The translations under genes and the position numbers were made by a program. The notes beneath the pieces were generated by a model, which searched no databases, had not been told where the DNA came from, and saw nothing but the letters and a program-made list of their open reading frames with translations. Positions 20,824 through 29,374 of a DNA stretch of 64,000 bases are shown piece after piece. The DNA is from a virus (Duplodnaviria > Caudoviricetes). The stretch spans positions 32,001 to 96,000 of IMG/VR virus record IMGVR_UViG_2920693923_000001. One strand, given 5' to 3'. The first letter of the stretch is position 1; each line of letters begins with the position of its first letter.

Positions 20824-20961
20824 TTGAACATAAGGACTTGCACCTTACTCACACCAAGTATAGGAATCGAACCTATATAGTATCCCGTATGCCTTTTCTA
20901 GCCTTATCCATACTATTAACCATTTATCGGAATCGAACCGACCTCACACTATGCTGTTCAA
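20824..20961 (-). ncRNA. structured RNA with three tRNA T-loop hairpins
   Basis: closing stem TTGAACA/TGTTCAA; hairpins TCGG-TTCGATT-CCGA, TATAGG-TTCGATT-CCTATA and TAAGG-TGCAAGT-CCTTA. Confidence 0.6.
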
Positions 20962-20989
20962 CTTTTACTTGTATATACTTTCAAATAAG

Positions 20990-21062
20990 CACACCTTCTA
21001 CGATTTGAACATAGACCTGACGATTTTGGAGATCGTTGCTCTACCAATTAAGCTAAAGGTGT
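20990..21062 (-). tRNA. trnW: tRNA-Trp(CCA)
   Basis: cloverleaf; anticodon arm ACGAT-CTCCAAA-ATCGT; T-loop TTCAAAT; CCA end not encoded. Confidence 0.9.
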
Positions 21063-21141
21063 ATATTTATGTTGAATTATTTATTAATATGTTATATACT
21101 TAATAAGTAACCGATAGTTTGTTTTTAAAAGGAGGTATAAT

Positions 21142-21348
21142 ATGAACAGAGAAGGAACTGGGAAATTTAATACCGATTCAAGTGGACATACTCATAGGTA
21201 CGACAAAGGCGGCGGATCTGATATTGATACATCAGATAAAACACAAAAAACTTGTGATGGAGGACATATTCCTGGAAGATATCAGTGGGAAGAAACTGTT
21301 GATGTTTCGGCAGATGATGAAGATAATGACGATACAGAAGATGATTAA
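21142..21348 (+). CDS. small acidic protein, self-contained moron-like unit
   Basis: TTGAAT-17-TATACT promoter (21072-21100), AAGGAGGT RBS, hairpin terminator near 21370-21405. Confidence 0.7.
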   Translation: MNREGTGKFNTDSSGHTHRYDKGGGSDIDTSDKTQKTCDGGHIPGRYQWEETVDVSADDEDNDDTEDD

Positions 21349-21445
21349 AAATTAATATTATTAAACATCATATAAGGGGTTATCATATTTGATAATCTCT
21401 TATATTTTATTTGTTTTTCATTGAATTCATCAATAAAAATCAATA

Positions 21446-21521
21446 ACTTGAACCTATGCACCGAATAAACGATGACCTCTGATTAGCAATCAGGTGCAAT
21501 ACCAACTCTGCCAATACTACA
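21446..21521 (-). pseudogene. 3'-truncated tRNA-Ser(GCT)
   Basis: D arm, anticodon loop TTGCTAA, long variable arm and GGTTCAAG present; T-stem 3' strand and acceptor 3' strand missing. Confidence 0.7.
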
Positions 21522-21609
21522 TAATAAAAAGAGCCACCTCCAAATGACTCTTTCTTTAAAGCTTTTACCAATCAGTCGCCAAACCGGTTATAACTGTATA
21601 GAGCAGTAG

Positions 21610-21683
21610 TCTGGATAGCAGGACTCGAACCTACAACGTCTAGTTCCCAAAACTAGCGGACTACCAAATTGTCCTATATCCAG
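21610..21683 (-). tRNA. trnP: tRNA-Pro(TGG)
   Basis: acceptor CTGGATA/TATCCAG; anticodon arm CTAGT-TTTGGGA-ACTAG; GGTTCGAGTCC. Confidence 0.9.
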
Positions 21684-21741
21684 ATAATATTTTTCAAATT
21701 TCTCCATATACTAAACCAAAAGTATCTAAGGAGAAACTATC

Positions 21742-22410
21742 ATGAACGCTTCATATAAAACTGCAATTCAATTCAAAGATTTATATATTCCCGTAAAAAT
21801 GTTAAAAACATCACACAATAGTTCTATAGAACTTAATCAACTCTGCAAAGACTCCAAAGAAAGAGTGCGTTATATCAAATTTTGTCCATCTTGTAATAAA
21901 GAAATCCACAATGAAGATATTGTAAAAGGATATAAATATGCAGAAGATAAGTATGTTATTTTGGAACAATATGATATAGAATCAATTACATCAAACAAAG
22001 ATAGAACACTTTCAATAAAATATTTCTGTAAATCAAAGGAAATATCAGACCTACTCATAGATAAATCATATTATTTAATTCCTGAAATGGAGTCAGAAAT
22101 CGAATATGAACTTCTTCGTAAAGCTATGACTACGAATAGAGTAGTAGGTATGGCTGAAATTGTATTGGGTACAAAACAAGAATTAGTTGCGTTGTTTGCC
22201 AATAAGAATTGTATTATTGCAACCATTTTATTTTATGAGAACGAGATTAACGAATTACCGATTATCATGAAGCATAAAACAGATAAACAGCAACTCGAAA
22301 ATCTCAAACAAGATATCTTAGATAATACAAAAGAATTTGATTGGGAATCTCATTATGATAAATATCAACTCAAGTTAAGAAAATTGATATTTGATAAAAT
22401 TCCAAAATGA
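21742..22410 (+). CDS. ku: Ku DNA end-binding protein (prokaryotic NHEJ / Mu Gam-like role)
   Basis: IPVKM, LNQLC..RVRY...CPSC..EI..EDIVKGY.Y, YYLIPE, DKYQ..L.KLI..K. Confidence 0.9.
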   Translation: MNASYKTAIQFKDLYIPVKMLKTSHNSSIELNQLCKDSKERVRYIKFCPSCNKEIHNEDIVKGYKYAEDKYVILEQYDIESITSNKDRTLSIKYFCKSKEISDLLIDKSYYLIPEMESEIEYELLRKAMTTNRVVGMAEIVLGTKQELVALFANKNCIIATILFYENEINELPIIMKHKTDKQQLENLKQDILDNTKEFDWESHYDKYQLKLRKLIFDKIPK

Positions 22411-22606
22411 TATTGCCTTTCTCATTCCATCCTCGAATGGCGAGCTTTCATCTAAACTGCATAGGACGCATCCTATTGTTACAACAGTACCAGTCCGAAG
22501 ACCGCAAAGGGCATAGGGAGGTAGTAAGTGTTGAACTTACACACCTAAGTTTCGTATGCATCCAAAAAATAGGTTTTGGCATCAGACTTACCGCACGAAA
22601 CTTATA

Positions 22607-22852
22607 TTATGGTTCGGATGGATCGGTAATCTCATCCACAGTAACTCCAACATTGTATGTCACATCCTTAATGACACGAATATTTTTATATCCATATTCT
22701 CGATCAAGCTCTTTAATTGTACTTTTCAACTCATCCAAGTCATCCGTTGAGTATTCGATTAGTTCCGATAAAGAACCTTCAGTCTGAATCTGATACATTT
22801 GATAAAATTCTCTTCCAAGCACAGAGTTATATTTAATTAATATTTTATACAT
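22607..22852 (-). CDS. hypothetical protein
   Basis: 81 aa with GGAGGT RBS. Confidence 0.6.
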   Translation of the reverse strand: MYKILIKYNSVLGREFYQMYQIQTEGSLSELIEYSTDDLDELKSTIKELDREYGYKNIRVIKDVTYNVGVTVDEITDPSEP

Positions 22853-22886
22853 ATATAAATTACCTCCAAAATGATAGAATTAGAAA

Positions 22887-22960
22887 AGCTGCCGATAGGG
22901 TTTGAACCTACAACCTTGGCTTTAGAAGAACCATGCTCTATCCATTTGAGCTAAGACAGC
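22887..22960 (-). tRNA. trnR: tRNA-Arg(TCT)
   Basis: anticodon arm TGGTT-CTTCTAA-AGCCA; D arm GCTCAAATGGATAGAGC; one acceptor mismatch. Confidence 0.85.
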
Positions 22961-23172
22961 AAGTTTCTGGTCTGCATGAAGCACTAACTAGCAGATCTTG
23001 GACTGTACACATCCAGTTATTTAGAATATGGTCGCTTATCCGCAACCTAATTCATGCTTCCATGCACTTGTTTTTCTTGCTAACCAACGCACAAGAAGAG
23101 TAAGTGACAACTCGTATCAACCAAACTACATTGTGCTTATGTATTGATACTCCATTAATTTATCCAGTTGCA

Positions 23173-23243
23173 ACGCCACAACGGACTCGAACCGAAATCT
23201 TCTCTCTATAGGAGAGACGCATGATCCTTTCATGCTGGTGACC
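23173..23243 (-). tRNA. atypical tRNA-like element (anticodon loop CCTATAG, nominally TAT)
   Basis: GGTTCGAGTCC T-arm, D-like GCATG/CATGC stem, TCTCT/AGAGA stem; lacks U33 and has a weak acceptor stem. Confidence 0.4.
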
Positions 23244-23259
23244 TGAATAATATATTATT

Positions 23260-23781
23260 TGATCATTCCTAACTCGTACTTATAGTACGTCAAATGCATG
23301 ATATGTGTATGAACAACCGTTTACTTTATCATTCTCCGCATATTTTCAGTCTTCGGAACAAAGACCACTCGATAAGGTTTAATGACTCTTATCCGTCAAA
23401 ATTCCAATTGTAAAAATCAGAAAAGACAATTTGCCATTTCTTACAAAACTCTGTGGACAGTTTTAATCATAATAATGGTTCTCATTAACGCAGAGAAGCA
23501 CGAACATCTTCTCATTTCTGAAGGTTGAGAAATACCGATAATCCTAGATGTTGGTAGGAAAGAAGTAGGACTTACAATACTACATGAATAGCAAATGCCA
23601 AGATGTGATAGTCGTCTACTAAGGCAAGACTTCTCCATAACACCGCCAATGAGCAGTAGCAGTGGGAAGTTTTAGACCATTCCAAAGGTCAATAATTTCG
23701 CAAACCGACCTTTATATTTATGTCACATATCGGTCAGTGACAGCTCACTTGTAAAAGTCCGTCAACGGATTGACAGATCAC
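23260..23781 (-). ncRNA. large ornate structured RNA (ROOL/GOLLD-class candidate)
   Basis: ~520 nt without credible ORF next to tRNAs; terminal TGATC/GATCA pairing, many hairpins, two loop-mediated long-range complements. Confidence 0.6.
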
Positions 23782-24074
23782 CCTCACTTCTTTTTGGATG
23801 TGAGCAGCTTGTTATATTTATTTATTCTCTACATTGTCGTCACCTTTTTATATATGCCTTTCATGCCTGTTTATAAGGGCTTTATTTGGATAATACAGTG
23901 CTATCGGTCTGTTAGTCCGTCTGATTTTCACAGAGCCTTGTTGAGTTCTTATGGTTTCAGAGCATTCGGCTGTAGGTATATGAGTTTGTTACCCTTAATA
24001 TTATTCAATCACTTTGACATAAATCATCTTAACATGCTATGATGTAAAAAAGAAAATTTTATAAGGAGTATATA

Positions 24075-24710
24075 TTGGACACAATATTTGAAATATTTAA
24101 GACCATTTTTCCTGCTATTATTACTGGAATTTTTACATTCCTAGCCACTAAATATACGTATAATAAAAATATACCTTTAGACAAAATGGAGATAGCATAT
24201 GATAAAATATACAATCCTATATATCATATACTATTACAAAATAATTCTAATAATATATGTACAAATCAAATCAGCTTAGATATATTTGTCATTTTAAATA
24301 AATATAATGATTATGCAGATCGATCGACACTTCACGCATTTGATTTATATCATAAAAATAGAGATAAAGATAGTTTTATAAATTTTAAAAATAACATCAA
24401 TAATAAATACATATATCTTCGCAAAAGACTTGGATATTTAGAACCTAATTTGATACAAGCGTATACATATTCTTCAAAAAATGAAAAATCTGTTTTACGA
24501 TTAGTGTTAGAGTGTACTGTCGCATACATAACAATGCTCGCATATGCATTGTTGAGTGCATCAGTTCACACAGTTATAACATGGATAGCTTTTAGTTTAA
24601 TATGTATCATTATAATTGAGTTATTAACTTTATTTTTTAGGAATATTTTAATTTATATCAGGAAAATTATAAAACATATAAAATCCAATAATAAATGTCG
24701 TAAAAATTGA
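24075..24710 (+). CDS. membrane protein (3 hydrophobic segments), moron-like
   Basis: very low GC; TTGACA/TATGAT promoter near 24014-24043; TAAGGAG RBS. Confidence 0.65.
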   Translation: MDTIFEIFKTIFPAIITGIFTFLATKYTYNKNIPLDKMEIAYDKIYNPIYHILLQNNSNNICTNQISLDIFVILNKYNDYADRSTLHAFDLYHKNRDKDSFINFKNNINNKYIYLRKRLGYLEPNLIQAYTYSSKNEKSVLRLVLECTVAYITMLAYALLSASVHTVITWIAFSLICIIIIELLTLFFRNILIYIRKIIKHIKSNNKCRKN

Positions 24711-24716
24711 CATATT

Positions 24717-24745
24717 TTGACAAGAAGTGTCATATAATATATAAT
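24717..24745 (+). promoter_or_regulatory. consensus sigma-A promoter of type I toxin mRNA
   Basis: TTGACA-17-TATAAT. Confidence 0.85.
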
Positions 24746-24891
24746 AGAAAGGACAAGCAGTTATTCAAACATCTTTGTTTTGGCTAGATAGAGATGGTTA
24801 GGCGGTTAAGTCACGTCAGAGTAGTGATACTCTGTTTATATAGATATCCTCATGACACAATGTAGGAAATACTTACAAAGGAGGATAATAC

Positions 24892-25008
24892 GTGACATTT
24901 TGTGAATTACTAATTTTTACATTAGTGACTGGCATAGTAAGTGGTGTAATTGCTACATACTTAGTCAGATTGTTCGATAAACACAAAAATGACCGCCACG
25001 GCAAATAG
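24892..25008 (+). CDS. type I toxin peptide, 38 aa (MTFCELLIFTLVTGIVSGVIATYLVRLFDKHKNDRHGK)
   Basis: AAGGAGG RBS, GTG start, TM helix plus charged tail, structured 140-nt leader. Confidence 0.8.
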   Translation: MTFCELLIFTLVTGIVSGVIATYLVRLFDKHKNDRHGK

Positions 25009-25135
25009 CGATCATTTCCTTTGTGTTGATATTGTTATATTAGCCAAATAGTGTTCAATATTGGCTTAACCGTCTAACGGATAATTGCTTGTTTCTTTTG
25101 ACTTGTATTGTAACACATAAAATTGTGTGGTGCAA
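24984..25135 (-). ncRNA. antisense antitoxin RNA (~115 nt) with its promoter
   Basis: minus-strand TTGCAC-17-TACAAT (25135-25107); terminator hairpin AAATGATCGC/GCGGTCATTT plus T-run overlapping toxin 3' end. Confidence 0.72.
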
Positions 25136-25180
25136 GAGGGAATTAGACAAAGTGTTAGACAAAAGCCTCATCGGGATTGC

Positions 25181-26218
25181 TTATAAATCAGAAAGTGATT
25201 TTTGTTCTACCTGTTTTATTTCTCCATCAGCAAAATATTTTGCAAATTGTTCATCTGCGTCAATATCTTTGTACACTGATACCATATCTAGCGAACTCCA
25301 ACCGACTAGCATTTGAATTACATCATCAGGAAGACCGCTTCGAGAACAAGAAGTTGTAAAGAAATGACGAAGACTATGAAAATAAAAGTCTTCTCCTAAA
25401 TGTTTGCTGAATGTATCAGCCCAACTGTCAAGAGTGCTTGAATCCATAGGTTCATCTATATATTCTCCATTTGCTTTCTTTGGAAATAACCATTCTGATT
25501 CAATTCCGTGTTCTTTTCTATAATTCATCCACAAATCAAAATATGGCTTAAACGGTTTTGCCAGTGTATATGCTACTAACATTTTTCCGCGAGATCCTCT
25601 TCCTTTTGTTTGGATCTTTTCAGGTGTCTTATATAAAGAACCATATATGATGTTTTCATCATCGAAATAAGATACTTTAAATCGTGGTAACTCACTCTTA
25701 CGTCTGCCACTAAATGCAGCTAATGCTAAAACACAAGCCTTGTCATATTTACCTTTTTCAACCCAATAATCAAGCATACCCTGTACTTGTTCATCGGATA
25801 GTACAGTTTTAGTAAATACTTTCTCATTTGCAGGATTTTCAATTTTGCGTATAATCGGTTTAAAGTTCTCGTACTCATCATCTAATATAGCTTCGACATA
25901 ATTTGAAAGAGAAGAGAGAGTAGATTTTACTCTACGCATTCTAGCTGGTGACCATTTATATTCAGTAAGACAAAAACTCTGATAACGAGCAATATCCCTC
26001 TTAGATAAATCAATAAAGAATTTGTTGTCGCAATGCTGAAGTAAATACACCCAGAAAATATAAAGGTCACGCCTATATGCATTAATTGTATTTGGGGATC
26101 TATCAACTGAATGAAGATAATCCAAAAAGTCATTTCCTAACTCTATATTCTCTTTATTGCACTGAGACAATAACTCATTAGTAACAATATTATTATGCTG
26201 TATTTTTCTACCCATCAA
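25181..26218 (-). CDS. tyrosine recombinase (XerC/D-like, with N-terminal SAM-like domain)
   Basis: SGRRKSEL, KGRG, FHSLRHFF, LVGWSS..MVSVY. Confidence 0.9.
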   Translation of the reverse strand: MMGRKIQHNNIVTNELLSQCNKENIELGNDFLDYLHSVDRSPNTINAYRRDLYIFWVYLLQHCDNKFFIDLSKRDIARYQSFCLTEYKWSPARMRRVKSTLSSLSNYVEAILDDEYENFKPIIRKIENPANEKVFTKTVLSDEQVQGMLDYWVEKGKYDKACVLALAAFSGRRKSELPRFKVSYFDDENIIYGSLYKTPEKIQTKGRGSRGKMLVAYTLAKPFKPYFDLWMNYRKEHGIESEWLFPKKANGEYIDEPMDSSTLDSWADTFSKHLGEDFYFHSLRHFFTTSCSRSGLPDDVIQMLVGWSSLDMVSVYKDIDADEQFAKYFADGEIKQVEQKSLSDL

Positions 26219-26406
26219 ATCTCACTTCCTTTCAAATATAATATTCTCCATAATAAATGCTCACTTGCTCATGACTAAAGCCACGAGTGGACATTCGTAC
26301 CTTTATCAAAAGTGGACGACTGAGGTTACGATCCTCACATAGACCAATCTCGCCCATACAAAAAGAGTGTGCAGCGTACACCACACACCCCCATATTTCT
26401 TATTAG

Positions 26407-27048
26407 TTAATACCAAAATGATTCATCTAATTTATCCAGATAACATGCATAGTTCATTAACCGCTTGTAAATCTCTGAAAATGCGTCTGCTATATCAAGC
26501 CCATCATTTAATGAATCATAAGTCTTCTGAATTTCTTTCGTCTTCTTCTCGAACTCTGCCTGAGACACCTGCTTGCCATTGATAGAATAGTAATCTTTAT
26601 CAATTTCCTTGCAATCACAGTGGTCACAATCACCATCACAATTATCATCACCAATACTGACTTCATATACTACCTTAGACTGGATACGTGAAATAATTTT
26701 TGAATTACAATTATCCATTACATAACAAACTACTCCTGTAGCATATAAGTATCCATTTTCACGTTTAGCAGGTTCACACCAAATACCTTCATGATCTAAA
26801 GCAATAAGATACTCATCATTGTAATTATCATGATCTGGTCGAGCGAAATCTGAAATATGAGCCAGATCGTGACCATTCTCTACTAACTCAGCAATGATAT
26901 TCTTTGCATCTTCATACTTTGCAATAATTTCTACACAATCCAATGTTTTGTCCATATTAGAGTCAAAATATGTATTTTCAATATCTACAACTAATTCCGT
27001 ATAGTCTGTAAAGTTTCTTTCAACAATATCTGCTTTTATGTTAATCAC
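26407..27048 (-). CDS. acidic hypothetical protein with CDGDCDHC motif
   Basis: 213 aa ORF. Confidence 0.6.
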   Translation of the reverse strand: MINIKADIVERNFTDYTELVVDIENTYFDSNMDKTLDCVEIIAKYEDAKNIIAELVENGHDLAHISDFARPDHDNYNDEYLIALDHEGIWCEPAKRENGYLYATGVVCYVMDNCNSKIISRIQSKVVYEVSIGDDNCDGDCDHCDCKEIDKDYYSINGKQVSQAEFEKKTKEIQKTYDSLNDGLDIADAFSEIYKRLMNYACYLDKLDESFWY

Positions 27049-27059
27049 ATCCCCTCAAA

Positions 27060-27341
27060 CTAAGCATTCTTGACTGCATTTTTAAAACCTGTTAATGCAT
27101 GAAATTTTGGACTCTTAGAAGCTGCAATCTCAAGTGCCTCGCCTGTTTTTGGGTTTCTGCCCATACGTGCAGCTCTCTCAACAACCTCGAAATTACCGAA
27201 ACCTGCAAGAGATACCTTCTCACCTGATGCTACTGTATTAACAATTGTCTCAAGGACTATATCTACAAGAACTGCAACATCCTTCTGTGTTGCTCCATCA
27301 ATCTGTCCTGCTACATTTTTTACTAACTCTGTCTTATTCAT
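27060..27341 (-). CDS. hup: HU DNA-binding protein
   Basis: MNKTELV, GFGNF, RAARMGRNPKTGE, PKF. Confidence 0.95.
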   Translation of the reverse strand: MNKTELVKNVAGQIDGATQKDVAVLVDIVLETIVNTVASGEKVSLAGFGNFEVVERAARMGRNPKTGEALEIAASKSPKFHALTGFKNAVKNA

Positions 27342-27638
27342 ATTCTTTTAATTCCTTTCATTCACAATTATTTTTTTATTTTTCAATTAAAAAGAGGGTA
27401 GCGTCCATATAAGGTACACTCCCTCAAAGTGGCTTCGTCAGCCAAAAACCGAAGTTATTCCCATTTATTAATCGCCTGTTGGGTTCAGGTCTGTTTGCAT
27501 CATAGCAGTGACTCTATAATGCCCATACGAGTCGGACTACCCAAAAGTAGAAGAGTAGTCCTGTTCTCACAGTCACTTGTCTTAATATTAAAAACTATGC
27601 ATCTCCGTACATAGCCTACTTTGTCGTAAAATAATTAA

Positions 27639-28808
27639 TCAATTTAATTGAATATCATACAAGCAAATCAATCCATTTTCTCCAATAACAGAAACTGTTT
27701 GCTCTGGCTTATTTACTTTACGAATTGATACCGCATAATTGTCTGAACCTGAACAACATCCTGACTCAATAACTTTTGTATCATAAACAGTAGTCAATCC
27801 ATTAGTGTGTCTATGTCCTAGTAACACAATGTTTGGCTTTATATTGAACATCATCGTGAAATTCTGTACAACATTACTTGGTGAATCCTTGTGTCCATGA
27901 GCAGCAAACACATTATTTCCACGGATATTAAACATTGCTATTTCAGGTTCAACTGTATTATCACAAATTGTAATATTTTCAACATTCTGCATTCTTGCCT
28001 TTAAATAGAAAGGTAAGAGTACATCCATATTTTCACCATCTAAAGCTTCTTCTTTTTTAGGAGAGATCCTAGAGTGATTACCAGGCGTTGTATATACATA
28101 GATATGACTGAAGTGATTCGCCATTCTTGATAGCATAGCAGAAATCAATTCTGAAACATATTTAAACTGTTCCATTAAGTCCATATTATTCTGCAAGCGA
28201 AGGTTATTATGAATAATTCCACTAAGAATTTCTCCAATTACAAGATAACAATTTTCTGAATCATGTTGTCCACGAATATCTAAGATGTCAGAAGTGAACT
28301 TTTCGATTCTTTGTCTCAAAATGTCTGCATTAAAATCATTTTTCCAATTATGTATTTCAATACCTGTATGAATATCAGTTAAATGAACCAAAAGATCCGT
28401 TGAACTATTGAATAAAGTATAATGCACTGGAATATTCATTGGTTCAACATTTTCGCAAATTATTCGTTTTACCATATCTACATATGATTCTTTACGAGCT
28501 TCTTGTCTAATAAGTCGATTGTACTCAACCCTTGCATCGGAAAGCTTAATCTTTTCCTTACGCATTTTAATTAACTCAGAATTATCTGAATTATTTTCTG
28601 TTTCTACTGGTTCATTAACCCATCCAGCATCAATATATTCATAAAGTAATTTACTACCTTTACGTACTGTATCTCTGTGCTCTAAATCACCATTAAATTC
28701 AGAACGAAAGTCAGCAACATCTTGCCACTCTAAATTTTCGTCTGTTCTTTTTCTCTTGAGTAAGTCTAATTGTTCTCTAAGAAATTCATTCTTCTCGATG
28801 TCGTCCAC
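27639..28808 (-). CDS. calcineurin-like metallophosphoesterase
   Basis: TDIH, GEILSG, PGNH, AHGH, GHRH. Confidence 0.85.
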   Translation of the reverse strand: MDDIEKNEFLREQLDLLKRKRTDENLEWQDVADFRSEFNGDLEHRDTVRKGSKLLYEYIDAGWVNEPVETENNSDNSELIKMRKEKIKLSDARVEYNRLIRQEARKESYVDMVKRIICENVEPMNIPVHYTLFNSSTDLLVHLTDIHTGIEIHNWKNDFNADILRQRIEKFTSDILDIRGQHDSENCYLVIGEILSGIIHNNLRLQNNMDLMEQFKYVSELISAMLSRMANHFSHIYVYTTPGNHSRISPKKEEALDGENMDVLLPFYLKARMQNVENITICDNTVEPEIAMFNIRGNNVFAAHGHKDSPSNVVQNFTMMFNIKPNIVLLGHRHTNGLTTVYDTKVIESGCCSGSDNYAVSIRKVNKPEQTVSVIGENGLICLYDIQLN

Positions 28809-28812
28809 CGCC

Positions 28813-29019
28813 TTACTCTTCAGAACCTTCCTCTACAGGAAGTTCAAATGTGATCTTGAAACCAATTGACTCAAATGGAATTGCATCAATTACCTGCTGA
28901 GATAAATCTTCACCAGTTTTCACATCTACAAATCTTAAATCCTTTACAGAAATATTGTCTAATTTAATTGTTTTCTTAGGAGCAGTAATTTTCTCCTCTG
29001 ATTCAGTAATCTTAACCAT
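28813..29019 (-). CDS. small protein (SPbeta YonK-like position)
   Basis: 68 aa directly upstream of phosphoesterase. Confidence 0.5.
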   Translation of the reverse strand: MVKITESEEKITAPKKTIKLDNISVKDLRFVDVKTGEDLSQQVIDAIPFESIGFKITFELPVEEGSEE

Positions 29020-29068
29020 TATTCCTTTTTCTCCTTATCAACTAAAATAGGAGAGCAGTGTGCTCTCC

Positions 29069-29332
29069 TTAAAATCCTATTTTATTTTTATGATCTTCTT
29101 CATTTTCGTCATCTAAATATTCTTTATTTGATGGTGCTTCAAAACCAATGCAGTGTGTGTCTATTGGTTCTAATGCGAATTGAAGATCCTGTATTTCATT
29201 ATTCAATTTTAAGACCTTTTTACTTAATTCTCCTTTGGGAATTTTCAAAGCAGTTTGTATTAATTCAGTAATCGAATCTATAATTGGTAATAAACATATA
29301 CCAGTAAGAAAACCAAAAATATATTTCTTCAT
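29069..29332 (-). CDS. small protein with N-terminal hydrophobic segment
   Basis: 87 aa; AAGGTG RBS. Confidence 0.55.
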   Translation of the reverse strand: MKKYIFGFLTGICLLPIIDSITELIQTALKIPKGELSKKVLKLNNEIQDLQFALEPIDTHCIGFEAPSNKEYLDDENEEDHKNKIGF

Positions 29333-29374
29333 AGGCGATCACCTTACATTTCGTTAAATTTTATTTATCACTAT

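Noticed and set aside
22548-22603. Hammerhead ribozyme (CTGATG...CGAAAC)
   Set aside because: The core is CTGATGC rather than CUGANGA, and GAAA is sequestered in the closing stem; stems I-III could not be built.
23173-23243. Amber suppressor tRNA (CTA) implying genetic-code reassignment
   Set aside because: Reading CTA as the anticodon needs a shifted 4-bp stem lacking U33 and purine 37. Long ORFs are intact in code 11, and several genes end at TAG followed by a new RBS.
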